Positions 19,027-30,206 of a stretch of DNA of 64,000 bases are shown here, piece by piece. The stretch's first letter is position 1. Every line of letters starts with the position of its first letter. The notes under the pieces were generated by a model, which saw only the letters and a list, made by a program, of their open reading frames with translations, did not search any database and had not been told where the DNA came from. The DNA comes from an uncultured Spirochaetota bacterium (lineage in GTDB: Bacteria; Spirochaetota; Spirochaetia; SZUA-6; Fen-1364): the NCBI GenBank assembly GCA_963820525.1, contig CAWGAA010000001.1:2336001-2400000 (forward strand). The letters run 5' to 3'. A program made the translations under genes and the position numbers.

Positions 19027-19695
19027 TCATCCCTTGAGTTCCCCCTCTTCCTTGTGGTGCTTGATCACCCTGCCTTCCACCATGTAGATGACGTCCTCGC
19101 AGATGTTGGTGGACAGGTCCGCGATGCGCTCGAGGTTGCCGGCGATCCGAAGGAGCGACAGCCCCTGGAGGATCGTGGAAGGGTCGCTTGCCATGGAAGA
19201 AATGAGCTCCGTGAGGGTCTCCGTGGCCAGATCGTCCACGATGCTGTCGTCCGCGCAGACCTTCTGCGCGAGACCCGCCTGTTCGCCGATGTAGGCCTGG
19301 ATGCTCTGGTCGACCATCCGGATAGTTTCCCCGGCCATACGTGGTATGGTAGCCAGCGGCCGCGGGGTGGGACCTTCCAGCAGGCTGAGCCCCGCCTGTG
19401 CGATGTTCACCGCGTGATCTCCCATGCGCTCCAGGTCATTTGTGATGCCGAGCGCCATGATCACCGTCCGCAGGTCCTTGGCCCTGGGCTGGTACTGGGC
19501 GATGAGGACGGTGCACTCCTCCTCGAGCTCGATCTCGAGCTCGTTCACGCGCTTTTCGCTTTCGTCGATAATCCGGCGGAGCGCATCGGCCTTCCCATCC
19601 TGGAAAGCCCTGACGGCTCCCTCCATCATCTCCTCCACCAGCCGCGCGTACATGACCAGCCGCGACTTCAGGGCATCTATCTGTTGGCGAAGCAT
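19027..19695 (-). CDS. phoU: Phosphate signalling protein PhoU
   Basis: [42 protein letters not shown]; own SD AGGAG. Confidence 0.95.
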   Translation of the reverse strand: MLRQQIDALKSRLVMYARLVEEMMEGAVRAFQDGKADALRRIIDESEKRVNELEIELEEECTVLIAQYQPRAKDLRTVIMALGITNDLERMGDHAVNIAQAGLSLLEGPTPRPLATIPRMAGETIRMVDQSIQAYIGEQAGLAQKVCADDSIVDDLATETLTELISSMASDPSTILQGLSLLRIAGNLERIADLSTNICEDVIYMVEGRVIKHHKEEGELKG

Positions 19696-19703
19696 CACGT
19701 CTC

Positions 19704-20484
19704 CTATCCGAATTTCCCCGCGAGGTATTCTTCGGTGCGCTTGTCCTTCGGCACGGTGAAAAGCCTGCTCGTCGGGCCGAACTCCACGAGCTTCTCCCAG
19801 GTGGATGAACGCCGTGAAGTCCGAAATCCGCGCCGCCTGCGGCATATTGTGCGTGACCTGGACAATCGTCACCGCTTCCTTGAGGGAAACGATCAGCTCT
19901 TCTATGGCGGCGGTCGCCTTGGGATCGAGGGCCGACGTCGGCTCGTCGAGGAGGAGGATCTCGGGATTCATGGCGAGCGCCCGGGCGATGCACAACCGCT
20001 GCTGCTGGCCTCCGGAGAGGAAGGTCCCCCGACGGTAGAGAGCGTCCTTCACCTCGTTCCACAGCGTCACACGGCGCAGCGTTTCCTCCACCACGCGGTC
20101 GCGCTCAGCTTTCGACATGCGGGCGCCGTTCAGGGTAAAGCCCGCGATCACGTTGTCATAGATGCTCATGGTTGGGAAAGGATTGGGCCTCTGGAAGACC
20201 ATTCCGATGCGCCTTCGAAGCTGTATCGGGTTGAGCTGGTACACGTCCTCGTCGTCCAGAAGGACCCTGCCGCTCACGTGGGCGTTGGGAGCGAGCTCGT
20301 GCATGCGGTTGATGCAGCGCATGAAGGTGGTCTTTCCGCACCCCGAGGGGCCCATGATGGCGGTGATGCGCCTCGCCGGGATGGAGAGACTGACCTCTTT
20401 CACGACATCCTTCCCGTCGAAGCCGGCCGTGAGGTTTTCCGTCTTCACAATGGCGTACTCCGCGGTCAGAACTGGATCTTCCAT
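19704..20484 (-). CDS. pstB: Phosphate ABC transporter ATPase, with a +1 frameshift near 19793
   Basis: [37 protein letters not shown]. The canonical C-terminus [28 protein letters not shown] lies in another frame. Confidence 0.9.
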
Positions 20485-21317
20485 CTCGATGTCACCAGCT
20501 TTGTCACGAGGTTCAAGACGAGAATAAGAACGAGCAGGACGAACGAAGCGCCCCAGGCAAGAGACTGCCACTCGGGGTACGGGCTCGTAGCGTAGTAGAA
20601 TATAATCTGCGGCAGGGAGCTCATGGGCCCCAGAACGTTCACGGTCATGAAGGGACTTCCGAAAGCCGTGAAAAGGAGGGGGGCGGTCTCTCCGGCGCCC
20701 CGCGCCACGGCGAGGAGCGTCCCGGTGACAATCCCGCTTGCCCCGGCCGGGAGGATCACCTTGAGCACGGTTCGGGGATACGAGACTCCGAGAGCCAGGG
20801 ACGCTTCCCTGAGGCTCACGGGGATCATGCGGAGGGTTTCCTCGGTGGCCAGCGTGATGACGGGGAGCATGATCATCGAAAGGGCGATCCCGCCTGAAAG
20901 GGCCGAAAAATGACCCATCGGCTTTACCACCCACACATACGCCACGATGCCGAGCACGATGGAGGGGATTCCCATCAGGGTCTCCACGGAGACTCTCGTA
21001 ATCGAGCCAAGACGGGACCTGCCGCTCTCCGACAGGAATATGCCGGCAGTCAGTCCCAGGGGAATCGAGATGACGGAGGCGATGACGATGAGGAGAGCGC
21101 TCCCCACGATCGCATTGGATATTCCACCCCCCGTCTCCCCTATAGGCTTGGGAAGCTCCGTGAGGAACGCCCAGTTGATGGAGGAGGCTCCCCTCGCGAT
21201 GATGAAGGCGAGAATCAGGATGAGCGGCAGCGTCGCTATGAGCGACAGCGCCAGCATGCCCCCCATGAACACCCTGTCTCTCCGGAGGCGTCCCGCTACT
21301 GCCGATTCCCTGATCAC
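20466..21317 (-). CDS. pstA: Phosphate ABC transporter permease
   Basis: [39 protein letters not shown]. Confidence 0.95.
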   Translation of the reverse strand: MIRESAVAGRLRRDRVFMGGMLALSLIATLPLILILAFIIARGASSINWAFLTELPKPIGETGGGISNAIVGSALLIVIASVISIPLGLTAGIFLSESGRSRLGSITRVSVETLMGIPSIVLGIVAYVWVVKPMGHFSALSGGIALSMIMLPVITLATEETLRMIPVSLREASLALGVSYPRTVLKVILPAGASGIVTGTLLAVARGAGETAPLLFTAFGSPFMTVNVLGPMSSLPQIIFYYATSPYPEWQSLAWGASFVLLVLILVLNLVTKLVTSRWKIQF

Positions 21318-22219
21318 GATGAGAAGGCCCCGCCCATCCGACTGATGACGAGCTTTCCGGCAATGTTGATCACGGTGCTGATGACGAACAACAGCAGCGC
21401 GACTTCAATGAGGCTGGCCAGATACACGTTGCCGGCAGCCTCCGAGAACTCATTTGCGATGAGGCTCGCCATTGTGTTCCCCGGCCCGAGAACGTTGAGC
21501 GTGAGCGAATTGGAGTTTCCTATCACCATTGTCACCGCCATCGTCTCACCCAGCGCCCTGCCCAGGGAGAGAAGGACGCCTCCGAGGATTCCCGAGCGAG
21601 CGTAGGGAAGTGACACCCTCCAGATCGTCTCGGATCGCGTGGCTCCCAACGACAGCGCCGCTTCTTTGAGGTCCTTCGGCACAAGGCTCATCATCTCCCT
21701 TCCGATCGAGGCGGAGTACGGGAGGATCATGAAGGCCAGAAGAATGGAGGCAGTGAGCATCCCGACGCCGAAAGGCGGTGCTCCCACGGCCAACTGCAGC
21801 GCCCGAACCGCCGGAACGAGAAAAAAGAGGCCGATAAAGCCGTACACCACCGAGGGTATGCCGGCTAAAAGCTCAACCGCGGTCCTCATGAGCGATGCGA
21901 ACACCCCCGAGCTGAAATACTCTCCCATCAGAATGGACAGGGCCAGAGAGAGGACGGTGGCAAAGGCAAGCGCAACCGCGGAGGTGAGAATGGTCCCTAC
22001 GACGAAGGGCAGCGCGCCAAATGTTTTTGTAACGGGATCCCACTGCGTCCCCGTGAGAAAGCGAAGCCCATTGGCGACAAGGGCCGGCCGGGAGGAAAGA
22101 AAAAGAGAAAGGAAGATCGCGATAAGCAGAACGCTCACCACGATCCCCCCGAGATACAGGATCGAACGGAATGCGGAATCGGAAAGCCTGACTTTCCCCA
22201 TCGTAAAGGCTTTTTTCAA
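21314..22219 (-). CDS. pstC: Phosphate ABC transporter permease
   Basis: [37 protein letters not shown]; alternative start at 22201. Confidence 0.95.
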   Translation of the reverse strand: MKKAFTMGKVRLSDSAFRSILYLGGIVVSVLLIAIFLSLFLSSRPALVANGLRFLTGTQWDPVTKTFGALPFVVGTILTSAVALAFATVLSLALSILMGEYFSSGVFASLMRTAVELLAGIPSVVYGFIGLFFLVPAVRALQLAVGAPPFGVGMLTASILLAFMILPYSASIGREMMSLVPKDLKEAALSLGATRSETIWRVSLPYARSGILGGVLLSLGRALGETMAVTMVIGNSNSLTLNVLGPGNTMASLIANEFSEAAGNVYLASLIEVALLLFVISTVINIAGKLVISRMGGAFSS

Positions 22220-22229
22220 TTCCGGCTAC

Positions 22230-23267
22230 TTACTTGAGGAGCGGTGTGCCGTTGTACACGATGGAGCGGATCACCGCTTCGGCCTTTCCCACCGCGCTCT
22301 TCGGAAGCGAGGCGTACGCGAGGGGCTCGGCGAGCTTCTGCCCGTCGTGGATCATCCACCAGAGAAGCTTCACGGTTTCCATGGCCTTCGCCTGCGGTCG
22401 ATTACCGTACGCCTGCTCCTTGTAGAGTATGATCCAGGTGAAGGAGGCGATGGGGTATCCGTTGGGGGCCGCCGTATCGGTCACGCTGACGCGCGTGTCG
22501 GCGGGAATGGCAACGTCGCACGCCACGCTGGTGGACTCCAATGACGGCTTGATGTAGTTGCCGCTTTTATTCTTGATGCTCGCGTACGGCATCGTATTCT
22601 GGAGGGCGTAGATGAGCTCCACGTACCCGGCGCTTCCGGGAAGCTGCTTCACCAGCCCTGCGACGCCGGGATTTCCTTTCGCTCCGACTCCCACGGGCCA
22701 CGAGAGCGAGGTCCCCGTTCCGACCTTCTGCTTCCAATCCGGCGATACCTTGCTCAGGTAGTCGCTGAAGACGGCCGTGGTGCCGCTGCCGTCGGAGCGG
22801 TGGACAACCGAAATGGCGAGCTGGGGCAGCTTGACCGAAGGATTCAGCGCGGCGATTCGCGGGTCCGACCACCGGCTGATCTTTCCCAGAAAGATGTCTG
22901 CCAAAACGTCGGAAGTCAGCTTGAGCTCGGGGTTTCCGGGCAGGTTGTACGTAAAGACCACCGCTCCCGCGACGGTGGGAACGTGCACGATGGGCGCAGG
23001 GAAGTCCTTCATCTGGTCATCGGTGACAAATGCGTCGCTTGCGCCGAAGTCCACGGTCTTGTTCTTGAGCTGGCTCTGGCCGCCGCCGGAGCCGATGGCC
23101 TGGTAGTTGATCTTCACGCCCGTGTTCGAGCCGTACTGGTCGAACATCTTCGTGTACACGGGGGCGGGGAATGTGGCGCCGGCACCCACAAGCTCGGTCT
23201 CGGCAAAGCCGAATCCGGCCACGGTAAACAGGGCGGCGGCGACTGCAAGAACTCGAGAAACTCTCAT
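22230..23267 (-). CDS. pstS: Phosphate-binding periplasmic protein
   Basis: GAGATFPAP, YQAIGSGGG, VDFGASD, RSDGSGTT, YPIASFTW. Confidence 0.97.
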   Translation of the reverse strand: MRVSRVLAVAAALFTVAGFGFAETELVGAGATFPAPVYTKMFDQYGSNTGVKINYQAIGSGGGQSQLKNKTVDFGASDAFVTDDQMKDFPAPIVHVPTVAGAVVFTYNLPGNPELKLTSDVLADIFLGKISRWSDPRIAALNPSVKLPQLAISVVHRSDGSGTTAVFSDYLSKVSPDWKQKVGTGTSLSWPVGVGAKGNPGVAGLVKQLPGSAGYVELIYALQNTMPYASIKNKSGNYIKPSLESTSVACDVAIPADTRVSVTDTAAPNGYPIASFTWIILYKEQAYGNRPQAKAMETVKLLWWMIHDGQKLAEPLAYASLPKSAVGKAEAVIRSIVYNGTPLLK

Positions 23268-23301
23268 TGATTGCCTCCTTGGCTTGGGAAGAACTTCGCC
23301 A

Positions 23302-23345
23302 TCCCCTGTTAATGAGCTATGAAAGATTTGTTAGTATTGCGTTAA
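23302..23345 (-). promoter_or_regulatory. PHO-box-like array upstream of pstS
   Basis: Minus strand: TTAACgcaata|CTAACaaatct|TTCATagctca|TTAACagggga (11-bp period). Confidence 0.7.
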
Positions 23346-23348
23346 TTC

Positions 23349-25079
23349 TCACTCTTGCACGGGAAGCCTCACCACGAACCGTGTGCCCGTCCCCACCGTG
23401 CTTTCCACGGCGATCGTCCCCCCGTGAAGCTGCACGATGTGCTTGACGATGGCAAGCCCGAGGCCCGTGCCCCCCATCTTTCGCGAGCGGGACTTGTCCA
23501 CAACGTAGAAGCGCTCGAAGATCCGCGACAGATGCTCCTCGGGAATCCCGATTCCGGTATCGGACACGACGATCCGCAGCCAGCGGCCGTCGAGGCCGCA
23601 GGAGATCTCGATCCCGCCGCTCTCGGTGTATTTCAGCGCGTTGTCGACAAGGTTCACCACGAGCTGCTCCAGGAGGTACGGATCCGCCGTGAGAGGCGGC
23701 AGCCCCTCCGCCGCGGAGAGGCGCAGGGCAAGCCCTTTCGCGTCCGCCCGGCCGGAAAACAGCTCCACGGCATCCGAAAGGATCCGGGACATGTCGACGC
23801 TCTCGATCGAAAGCTCGACCCCTTTTGCCTCCAGGCGGGAGAGCCGCAGAAGATCTTCCACAATAGCCGTCATGCGCTCGGTATTGCGCCTCACCACTCC
23901 CACCCACCGTCTCTGCTCGCCCTCCACCTCGCTTTCCAGGAGCTCGAGGAACCCCTGGATCGCGGTAAGAGGGGTGCGAAGCTCGTGGGAGGCGTTCACC
24001 ACGAAGTCCCGTTTCACCTCCTCCAGCCGCTTCACATCGGTGGTGTCCTGAAGGACAGTTATCAGGTTATCCCCCGCGGCAACCCGTGCTATGCTGCACA
24101 GGACCGTCTTGTCCCCGATGACCATCTCTTCGGCGGGCTGCGGGCCGGTTTGCCGCACCTTTTCAACCAGATCCATCAAAGGCAAGGTATGGACCACTTC
24201 CCAGAGGGCTTTCCCCTCGACGCGAGGCTGTCCGACGATTTCCTCGAAGCCGCGGTTTGCCCGGAGAATCCTGCCGTTGCCGTCCAGGAGGACTATCCCC
24301 TGCGCCACCGAAGAGAATACCCCGTCCAGCTCTTCGGTTCGGCGGGATACCTCGCTGAAAAGCACCTGGACCCGCTCGGCCATCGAATTGAAGCTGTCGG
24401 CGAGATTCCTGATCTCATCCCGACGTTTGAGGTGGAGCCGGGCGCCGAAATCTCCCGCCGTGAAGCGCCGCACAACCTGCGTAAGGTCGCGAAGAGGCGC
24501 AAGCAGCCATCGGGAAAGCAGAAGCGCGGATCCCGCGCAGAGGAGAAACACGATCGCGGCGAACAGGAGCACCGAGTTTCGAAGTGCCCGCTCGGTCTGG
24601 GAAAGCTCCGCACCGGGGAAGGCCGCCCGAACCACTCCGCCGGAGAGCGCTCCCTGCTGGATTGGCACGGCGACATAGACCAGCTGACGCTTGATGGTGC
24701 TGCTGAACCGTTGGGCAACCCCGGTGCGTCCCCCCAGCGCCGATGCCACCTCGGGCCTCTGCGCGTGATTCTCCATCTGCGAAGGATCCTGGTCCGAGTC
24801 GACCAACACGACTCCCCGCGGATCGATCACGGTCAGGCGAACCCCCGTTTGCCGTGCCATACGCGTGATATCACGAGACAAGCTTGCGGAGCCCGCGCCC
24901 TCTCCCGAGAAGTCGATGACGGCTCGAACGAGCTCCGCCGCCCTTTCCAGGCCGCGCGTCAGCTCCGCCAGGGTAGCGCCCTGCACGGCTCTCACCGTGT
25001 AGAAGGTGAAAACAGCGACCGCCATAACGGCGGTGAAAACCGCGGCGGCGAAGATCTTGAGAAAAAGCCTGGTTTTCAT
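23349..25079 (-). CDS. phoR: Phosphate regulon sensor kinase (TM-HAMP-PAS-HisKA-HATPase)
   Basis: DFVVNASHELRTPLT, NLVDNALKY, DTGIGI, RIFERFY, GGTGLGLAIVKH. Confidence 0.92.
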   Translation of the reverse strand: MKTRLFLKIFAAAVFTAVMAVAVFTFYTVRAVQGATLAELTRGLERAAELVRAVIDFSGEGAGSASLSRDITRMARQTGVRLTVIDPRGVVLVDSDQDPSQMENHAQRPEVASALGGRTGVAQRFSSTIKRQLVYVAVPIQQGALSGGVVRAAFPGAELSQTERALRNSVLLFAAIVFLLCAGSALLLSRWLLAPLRDLTQVVRRFTAGDFGARLHLKRRDEIRNLADSFNSMAERVQVLFSEVSRRTEELDGVFSSVAQGIVLLDGNGRILRANRGFEEIVGQPRVEGKALWEVVHTLPLMDLVEKVRQTGPQPAEEMVIGDKTVLCSIARVAAGDNLITVLQDTTDVKRLEEVKRDFVVNASHELRTPLTAIQGFLELLESEVEGEQRRWVGVVRRNTERMTAIVEDLLRLSRLEAKGVELSIESVDMSRILSDAVELFSGRADAKGLALRLSAAEGLPPLTADPYLLEQLVVNLVDNALKYTESGGIEISCGLDGRWLRIVVSDTGIGIPEEHLSRIFERFYVVDKSRSRKMGGTGLGLAIVKHIVQLHGGTIAVESTVGTGTRFVVRLPVQE

Positions 25080-25765
25080 TCCACCAGCTTGTAGCCCATG
25101 CCCCTCACGTTGCGGATATGGCGTCCGGCGGGTCCCAGCTTGTCCCTGAGGTGCTTGATATGCACGTCGACGCTTCTGTCCGTCACGGTCTTCTCGTCTC
25201 CCCACAGGTGATCGAGTATCCGGTCCCGGGGGAAAACCCAGCCAATCCTGGAAGACAGGAGCTGGATGATCTTGAACTCCGTGGCGGTGAGGTCGAGCTT
25301 GCGCCCTTCCACGCTCACCTCGACCGTGCTGAGGTCGATGGCAAGGTCCGCTCCGACCTCCACCCTTTTCTGTTTCTCCGATATTGCCGTGGCCCTTCGA
25401 AGCACGGCCTTCACGCGCGCCACAAGCTCCTTGGGAGAGAAAGGCTTCACGAGGTAGTCGTCGGCGCCCAGCTCCAGCCCCGCCACCCTGTCCGCCTCTT
25501 CCGCCCGCGCCGTGAGCATGATTATGAAAAGCGATGAGAGGCGCTCATCGCGTTTCAGCTGCCGACAAATCTCGAACCCATCGACGTCGGGCAGCATGAG
25601 ATCGAGCACCACCAGGGCGGGCATCTCTTTCGAGAGCGAGCCGAGAAAGCTTTTGCCGTCCGGGAAATCGCGGACACGGAAGCGCTCCTTGCGCAGGCTC
25701 ATCGTCACGAGGTTGAGGATATCCTGTTCGTCTTCCACCACTGCAATGATCTCGTTCATCGGCAT
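25076..25765 (-). CDS. phoB: OmpR-family response regulator PhoB/PhoP
   Basis: LDLMLP, GADDYLVKPF, RSVDVHIKHLRDKL, VRGMGY; precedes phoR-pst. Confidence 0.9.
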   Translation of the reverse strand: MPMNEIIAVVEDEQDILNLVTMSLRKERFRVRDFPDGKSFLGSLSKEMPALVVLDLMLPDVDGFEICRQLKRDERLSSLFIIMLTARAEEADRVAGLELGADDYLVKPFSPKELVARVKAVLRRATAISEKQKRVEVGADLAIDLSTVEVSVEGRKLDLTATEFKIIQLLSSRIGWVFPRDRILDHLWGDEKTVTDRSVDVHIKHLRDKLGPAGRHIRNVRGMGYKLVE

Positions 25766-25841
25766 CCAATATAGCCCGACCGCCAGCGGCAGGCAATCGA
25801 TTGCCGAGGCCGGTGAGCGCCCGCGGGGCGCCTCATCATGG

Positions 25842-25878
25842 ATGAAATGATGTTAGGATTTCGTTAGCGTGGTATGAA
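25842..25878 (-). promoter_or_regulatory. PHO-box-like array upstream of phoB (possible autoregulation)
   Basis: Minus strand: TTCATaccacg|CTAACgaaatc|CTAACatcat|TTCAT. Confidence 0.6.
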
Positions 25879-25899
25879 TATTCGGTTATTTGCTTCACT

Positions 25900-26955
25900 T
25901 TAGTGGATCGTCACATCCACGTTGTAGTTTGGCATGAGAAAGCCGTCCCTCTTCTTCAATGAAATCTCTACGGGGATGACGGTCTCTCCATTCACCTTGA
26001 CGGCAAGGCTTGAGATCCGCACCACGGAGCCGCCGTAGCTCCTCGCGTTATCGGCCGTGGGAACCACCTCAGCCGCGCTTCCCAGGTGAACGTCCTTGAT
26101 GAACTCCTCCGGGACATTGGCCTCCACCACGATGCTGTCCAGATCCATGAGACTGCACATCTTGCGGTCCTTCGAGACGGAGTCTCCCGCAGCGTATCCG
26201 ATGTCGGAGACGATTCCGTCCGTCACATCGCATACCACGGCGTTTCCCGAGATATAGCTTCTGCTCGACTTTTCCTCGAGCTGCCGAAGCTCGCCCTCAA
26301 GGAGCGCGATCCGCGCCCTCTGCATCTCCAGGCTGTTGAGCTCGCCGCCGGAGCATTCGGCAAGGGATCTCCCGACGCGGCTCTCCTCTTGCTGTGCGCT
26401 CTGCAGCTTCTTTCTCTCCTCCTCGATCTGTTCCTGGGATGCGCCGCCCGTGGAGTACAGCTTCTCCTTGGCCGCCACGTCCTTGGCCGCCTTTTCAACG
26501 TCGGACTGGGCGACGCGGAGGTCTTCCTGGAGCTTCTCCATCTCCAGCTCGGTCTTCTTCAGCTCGAACTTCGCGCTGGAAAGCTCGAAGCCCTTGGAGC
26601 GAAGCGTCGCGTCGTAGTCGGCCGAGGAGAAACGGAAAAGGACGTTTCCCGCCTTCACCCTCTGGCCTTCGGAGACGACTTTTTTCTCCACTAGTGCCGG
26701 GAAATCCAGCGTGATGCTCTTGATCTTCTTCGCTTTGACGATCCCGAAAGCTTCAATATTACTGGCTTCCCGAGGCGCGGGATTTCCCCCCTGAGGATCC
26801 GCGGCCTGGGCTTCGGTGGAATCCGAACGCTGCGTCGCGGCCGATGCCTTGGCGTCGGCCGGCCCCTTCTTCTTCGAACAGCCTTCGATAAGAATGGCCG
26901 CGGACAGCGCGGCAACGACAATACAAAGAAACAAACCGGCGCGTTTCACTCCCAA
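25900..26955 (-). CDS. HlyD/MFP periplasmic adaptor (lipoprotein-like)
   Basis: VSEGQRVKAG barrel-sandwich, coiled coil, VEANVPEEFI..V.LG. Confidence 0.85.
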   Translation of the reverse strand: MGVKRAGLFLCIVVAALSAAILIEGCSKKKGPADAKASAATQRSDSTEAQAADPQGGNPAPREASNIEAFGIVKAKKIKSITLDFPALVEKKVVSEGQRVKAGNVLFRFSSADYDATLRSKGFELSSAKFELKKTELEMEKLQEDLRVAQSDVEKAAKDVAAKEKLYSTGGASQEQIEEERKKLQSAQQEESRVGRSLAECSGGELNSLEMQRARIALLEGELRQLEEKSSRSYISGNAVVCDVTDGIVSDIGYAAGDSVSKDRKMCSLMDLDSIVVEANVPEEFIKDVHLGSAAEVVPTADNARSYGGSVVRISSLAVKVNGETVIPVEISLKKRDGFLMPNYNVDVTIH

Positions 26956-27632
26956 ACCCTCCCGTCCCTCACGTGGATGATCCTCTGCCCATAGCTCGCC
27001 GCTTCCTCGGAATGGGTCACCTGGACGATGGTCTTCTTCTTTTCATTGTTGATCCGCTTCAGAAGCTTCATGATCTCGGCTCCCGTCTTGGAGTCCAGGT
27101 TCCCGATCGGCTCGTCCGCGAGGATGATATCGGGCTCGTTCACCAGCGCCCGCGCGATGGCCACCCTCTGCTGCTGCCCTCCGGAGAGCTCCCGGGGGGT
27201 GTGGTGCCTCCGGTCGGAGAGCCCCACGAGCTCCAGGATCTCGTCGAGCCTCTTCCTGTTGTCCTTCAGCTTCTTGCCGTCCAGGAGGAGTGGGAGCATC
27301 ACGTTCTCTTCCAGGTCCAGGTTGGGAATCAGGTTGTAGAACTGAAAGACGAACCCGATATCGCGCCGCCTGAGCAGGCTCTGTTCCGGGTCTTTCATCG
27401 CGGACAGCTCCCTGCCCTTCACCCGCAGGGTCCCCGCCGTCGGGGTGTCCAGCCCGCCGATGAGATAGAGCAGCGTGCTCTTGCCGGAGCCGGACGGCCC
27501 CATGACGGAGAGGAACTCCCCCTCCTTGATATCCAGGTCAATGCCTGTGAGGACTTCCACCTTCACCTCTCCGAGAACGAATGTCTTGGTGAGGCTTCGC
27601 GCCTCGATGATCGCGCCGTTCGCTTCGTTCAC
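26946..27632 (-). CDS. ABC exporter ATPase (LolD/MacB type)
   Basis: [44 protein letters not shown]. Confidence 0.95.
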   Translation of the reverse strand: MNEANGAIIEARSLTKTFVLGEVKVEVLTGIDLDIKEGEFLSVMGPSGSGKSTLLYLIGGLDTPTAGTLRVKGRELSAMKDPEQSLLRRRDIGFVFQFYNLIPNLDLEENVMLPLLLDGKKLKDNRKRLDEILELVGLSDRRHHTPRELSGGQQQRVAIARALVNEPDIILADEPIGNLDSKTGAEIMKLLKRINNEKKKTIVQVTHSEEAASYGQRIIHVRDGRVWE

Positions 27633-27642
27633 TCAGGCGCCC

Positions 27643-30133
27643 CTACTCGTACTTGATCGACTCGATGATGTTCAGCTTGCCCGACTTTAATGCCGGGCTG
27701 ATGGAGGAGATCACGCTTATCGCAATAGCCGCCAGGATGCTCACCAGGAACACCCGGGGCGAGATCTTCACGGGCACGTACACGTTGATCGCCTCCATCA
27801 GGTACTGAACGAGGAACACGAAGCATCCCCCCCCCGGCGCATCCGATCACGGCGCTGATGATCCCCCCCGTCAAGGACTCGATGAGCATCATCCTGATGA
27901 GCTGCATCCTGCTCATCCCCACGGAGCGGAATATCGCCAGGTGCCGCCTCCTCTCCACGAAGCTGATGATGTAGTTGTTGAGCACTCCGAAGATCCCCGC
28001 TACAAGGATCAGGAGGGCGAAACTTTCCAGGAGCGTCAGGAGCTGCTGGCTGGATTTCGTGTCGTTGGCTTTCATCTGGTCCAGGTCCGAGACCCACGGA
28101 TGGCGCCGCGCCAACTTCTTCTTGAGAAGCTTCACCACCTTCTCGGGCGGGTCGCTCGTCTTGAGATAGATATCGCCGTAGAATTGCGTGGAGGCGTCGA
28201 GCTTCAGGTACTTGTCGGAGACGATGGCGAAGTTGCCGCCCCACCGGAAGGAATTGAAGAAGCCTGCCACCTTGTACCGTTTTTTCCCATTTGCCAGCTT
28301 GAGCGCAAAAACGTCGCCCTCCTTCGCGTCGAACTTCTTCTTCAAGACCTCGGAAAGCAGGATGTTCCTTCCCCCGTCCAGGCTGCCGAGGAGCGCGGCG
28401 GGGATCTTCAAGTCCCAGTAGTCCTGGTACCTGCGGGTGTCGATGCCGTGGATCAGGTTTATGACGTTGCGGGTGCCGTCGATCTCGGTGTTCGTGGCCT
28501 GAAGCACTCCATAGGTGCCGGTGACGCCGCGCACGGAGCGCAGGACAAGCTCCAGGTCGCGGTCGGCCTGATACGCCCACATCCAGACCTGGAAGCGCGC
28601 GTCGGTGTAGAAGCTGACGATGTTCTTCACGGCGGAGAAGCTCACGGTGAAGATCATGATCAGGGAGGAAAGCGACAGGGTGAGAAGCGAGATGTTGTTC
28701 AGGATGTTCTTGTTGTCGCGAAGGTTTTTTGCGGCCAGCACACCCTCGTTTCCTATCGTGATCTGGAAGATCCGCTGCACCCCCCGCGCCAGGAAAGCCG
28801 TCAGGGTTGGAACGAGCAGGATGATGGCAGAGGCGATGAGAACGCTGGATGCCCCAATGACATACACGGCGATTGCCTTGGGTACGAGAACCGCTGCAGT
28901 CATGCCCGCGGACAGGAAACACAGCCCCAGGATAATGCGCACCCGCCGGTTCTTCGGCTTTGCTTCGATCCTCCCCAGCACGATGTCCTTCACGGGAAGC
29001 TTGGACACCCTGACGATGGGGATGAGGGAGCTCACGAAGGACAGGAGCACGGCGATGAGGAAGGCAATGCCAAGGTCCATGGCCGTGAAGTGGATCTCGG
29101 GCCTCATCCTGAAGTCGGCCCAGGGGTTATATGCCATGAGGCTGCTCATGAGGTAAAGGACACCGATGCCGAGCAGGCAGCCGAAGAGTCCCCCCGCCAC
29201 GCCGTAGAGAAAAGTCTCCACCATGAGAACGAAATCCGTGGTCTTTCGCGCCACCCCGATGCTCCTGAACGTTCCGATGATCGGAAGCCTTTCAACGGTA
29301 ATGACCTTGAACGAGCTGTAGATGATGAAGACGCTCATTATCAACACCATGATGGTCATGCAGAGAAGCGGGGTGGTGATGCCGCTTGAGAACTGCTGCT
29401 GTTCCTGCCGGCTCACCGGCTCCCGCACCTGGAAACGCGGATACTCCGCGGAGAGGGCCGTGATCAGGGCGGGAATCGAGCGCTCGTCGCTGGCGCGCAG
29501 ATAGAGGGCCGTCGATTTGCCCCTGATGCCGTAAAGGGAGGCGAGGAAGCTGATCGGGACTACGGCCGTAACGCGCCTGTCGTAGCCTCCCCGGAAAAGG
29601 CCAGCCGGGGCCGCAATTCCCACGACCTGGAAACGTTTTTTCGCCCCATCGAGCTCCATCTCGATGATGCTGCCCAGGGTCCAGCGATACTGCCGGGCAG
29701 AGATCTGGCTGACGATGATCTTCTTCCCGGTGAAAGGGTACATCTCTCCCTTTTCGGCGAAGGTGATGGGGCTGAAGGCATCGAGATCCTCCAGGCGGAA
29801 ACCCCGAAGGCCAACATCCACGGTTTCGTTCCGGCTGGGCTTGTAGACGGCGGCGCCATCAATGCCGCCGATCACATATTCAAGCTCATCCCGATGCCGT
29901 TCGGCCCGGGCGGCCCCGAGGAACCACTCGGACCGAGGCCCCGGGAGAATGACGATGTTGGAAGAGCCGTAATAGGTGCGCATCGACTCCACGAACATCT
30001 TCTGCATGGTCAAGGAGAGGGCATTGGAGGCGAAAAAGAGCGCGGAGGAAAGCGCGATAGCAAAGAGGACCAGAAAGGTGCGCAGCTTTCTTTCCCTGAT
30101 ACTTTTGAAGATGAACTTTAAGATGATCCCCAT
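27643..30133 (-). CDS. FtsX/MacB-like ABC permease, frameshifted in a homopolymer near 27827-27836
   Basis: Two FtsX-type halves (ERLPIIGTFRSIG; ERRRHLAIFRSVGM). The typical end ...KLNIIESIKYE* is in another frame after a G-run. Confidence 0.85.
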
Positions 30134-30206
30134 GGTGAGCGTTGTCCGCGGGGGAGAATAGTCAATCCTCTCCCCTCCAGTTGAACACCCCGTCGCCTCA
30201 GTTCCG

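Noticed and set aside
19027..21363. 778-aa ORF as a single gene
   Set aside because: It is a composite of an off-frame overlap with pstA, then pstB, and phoU joined by a frameshift.
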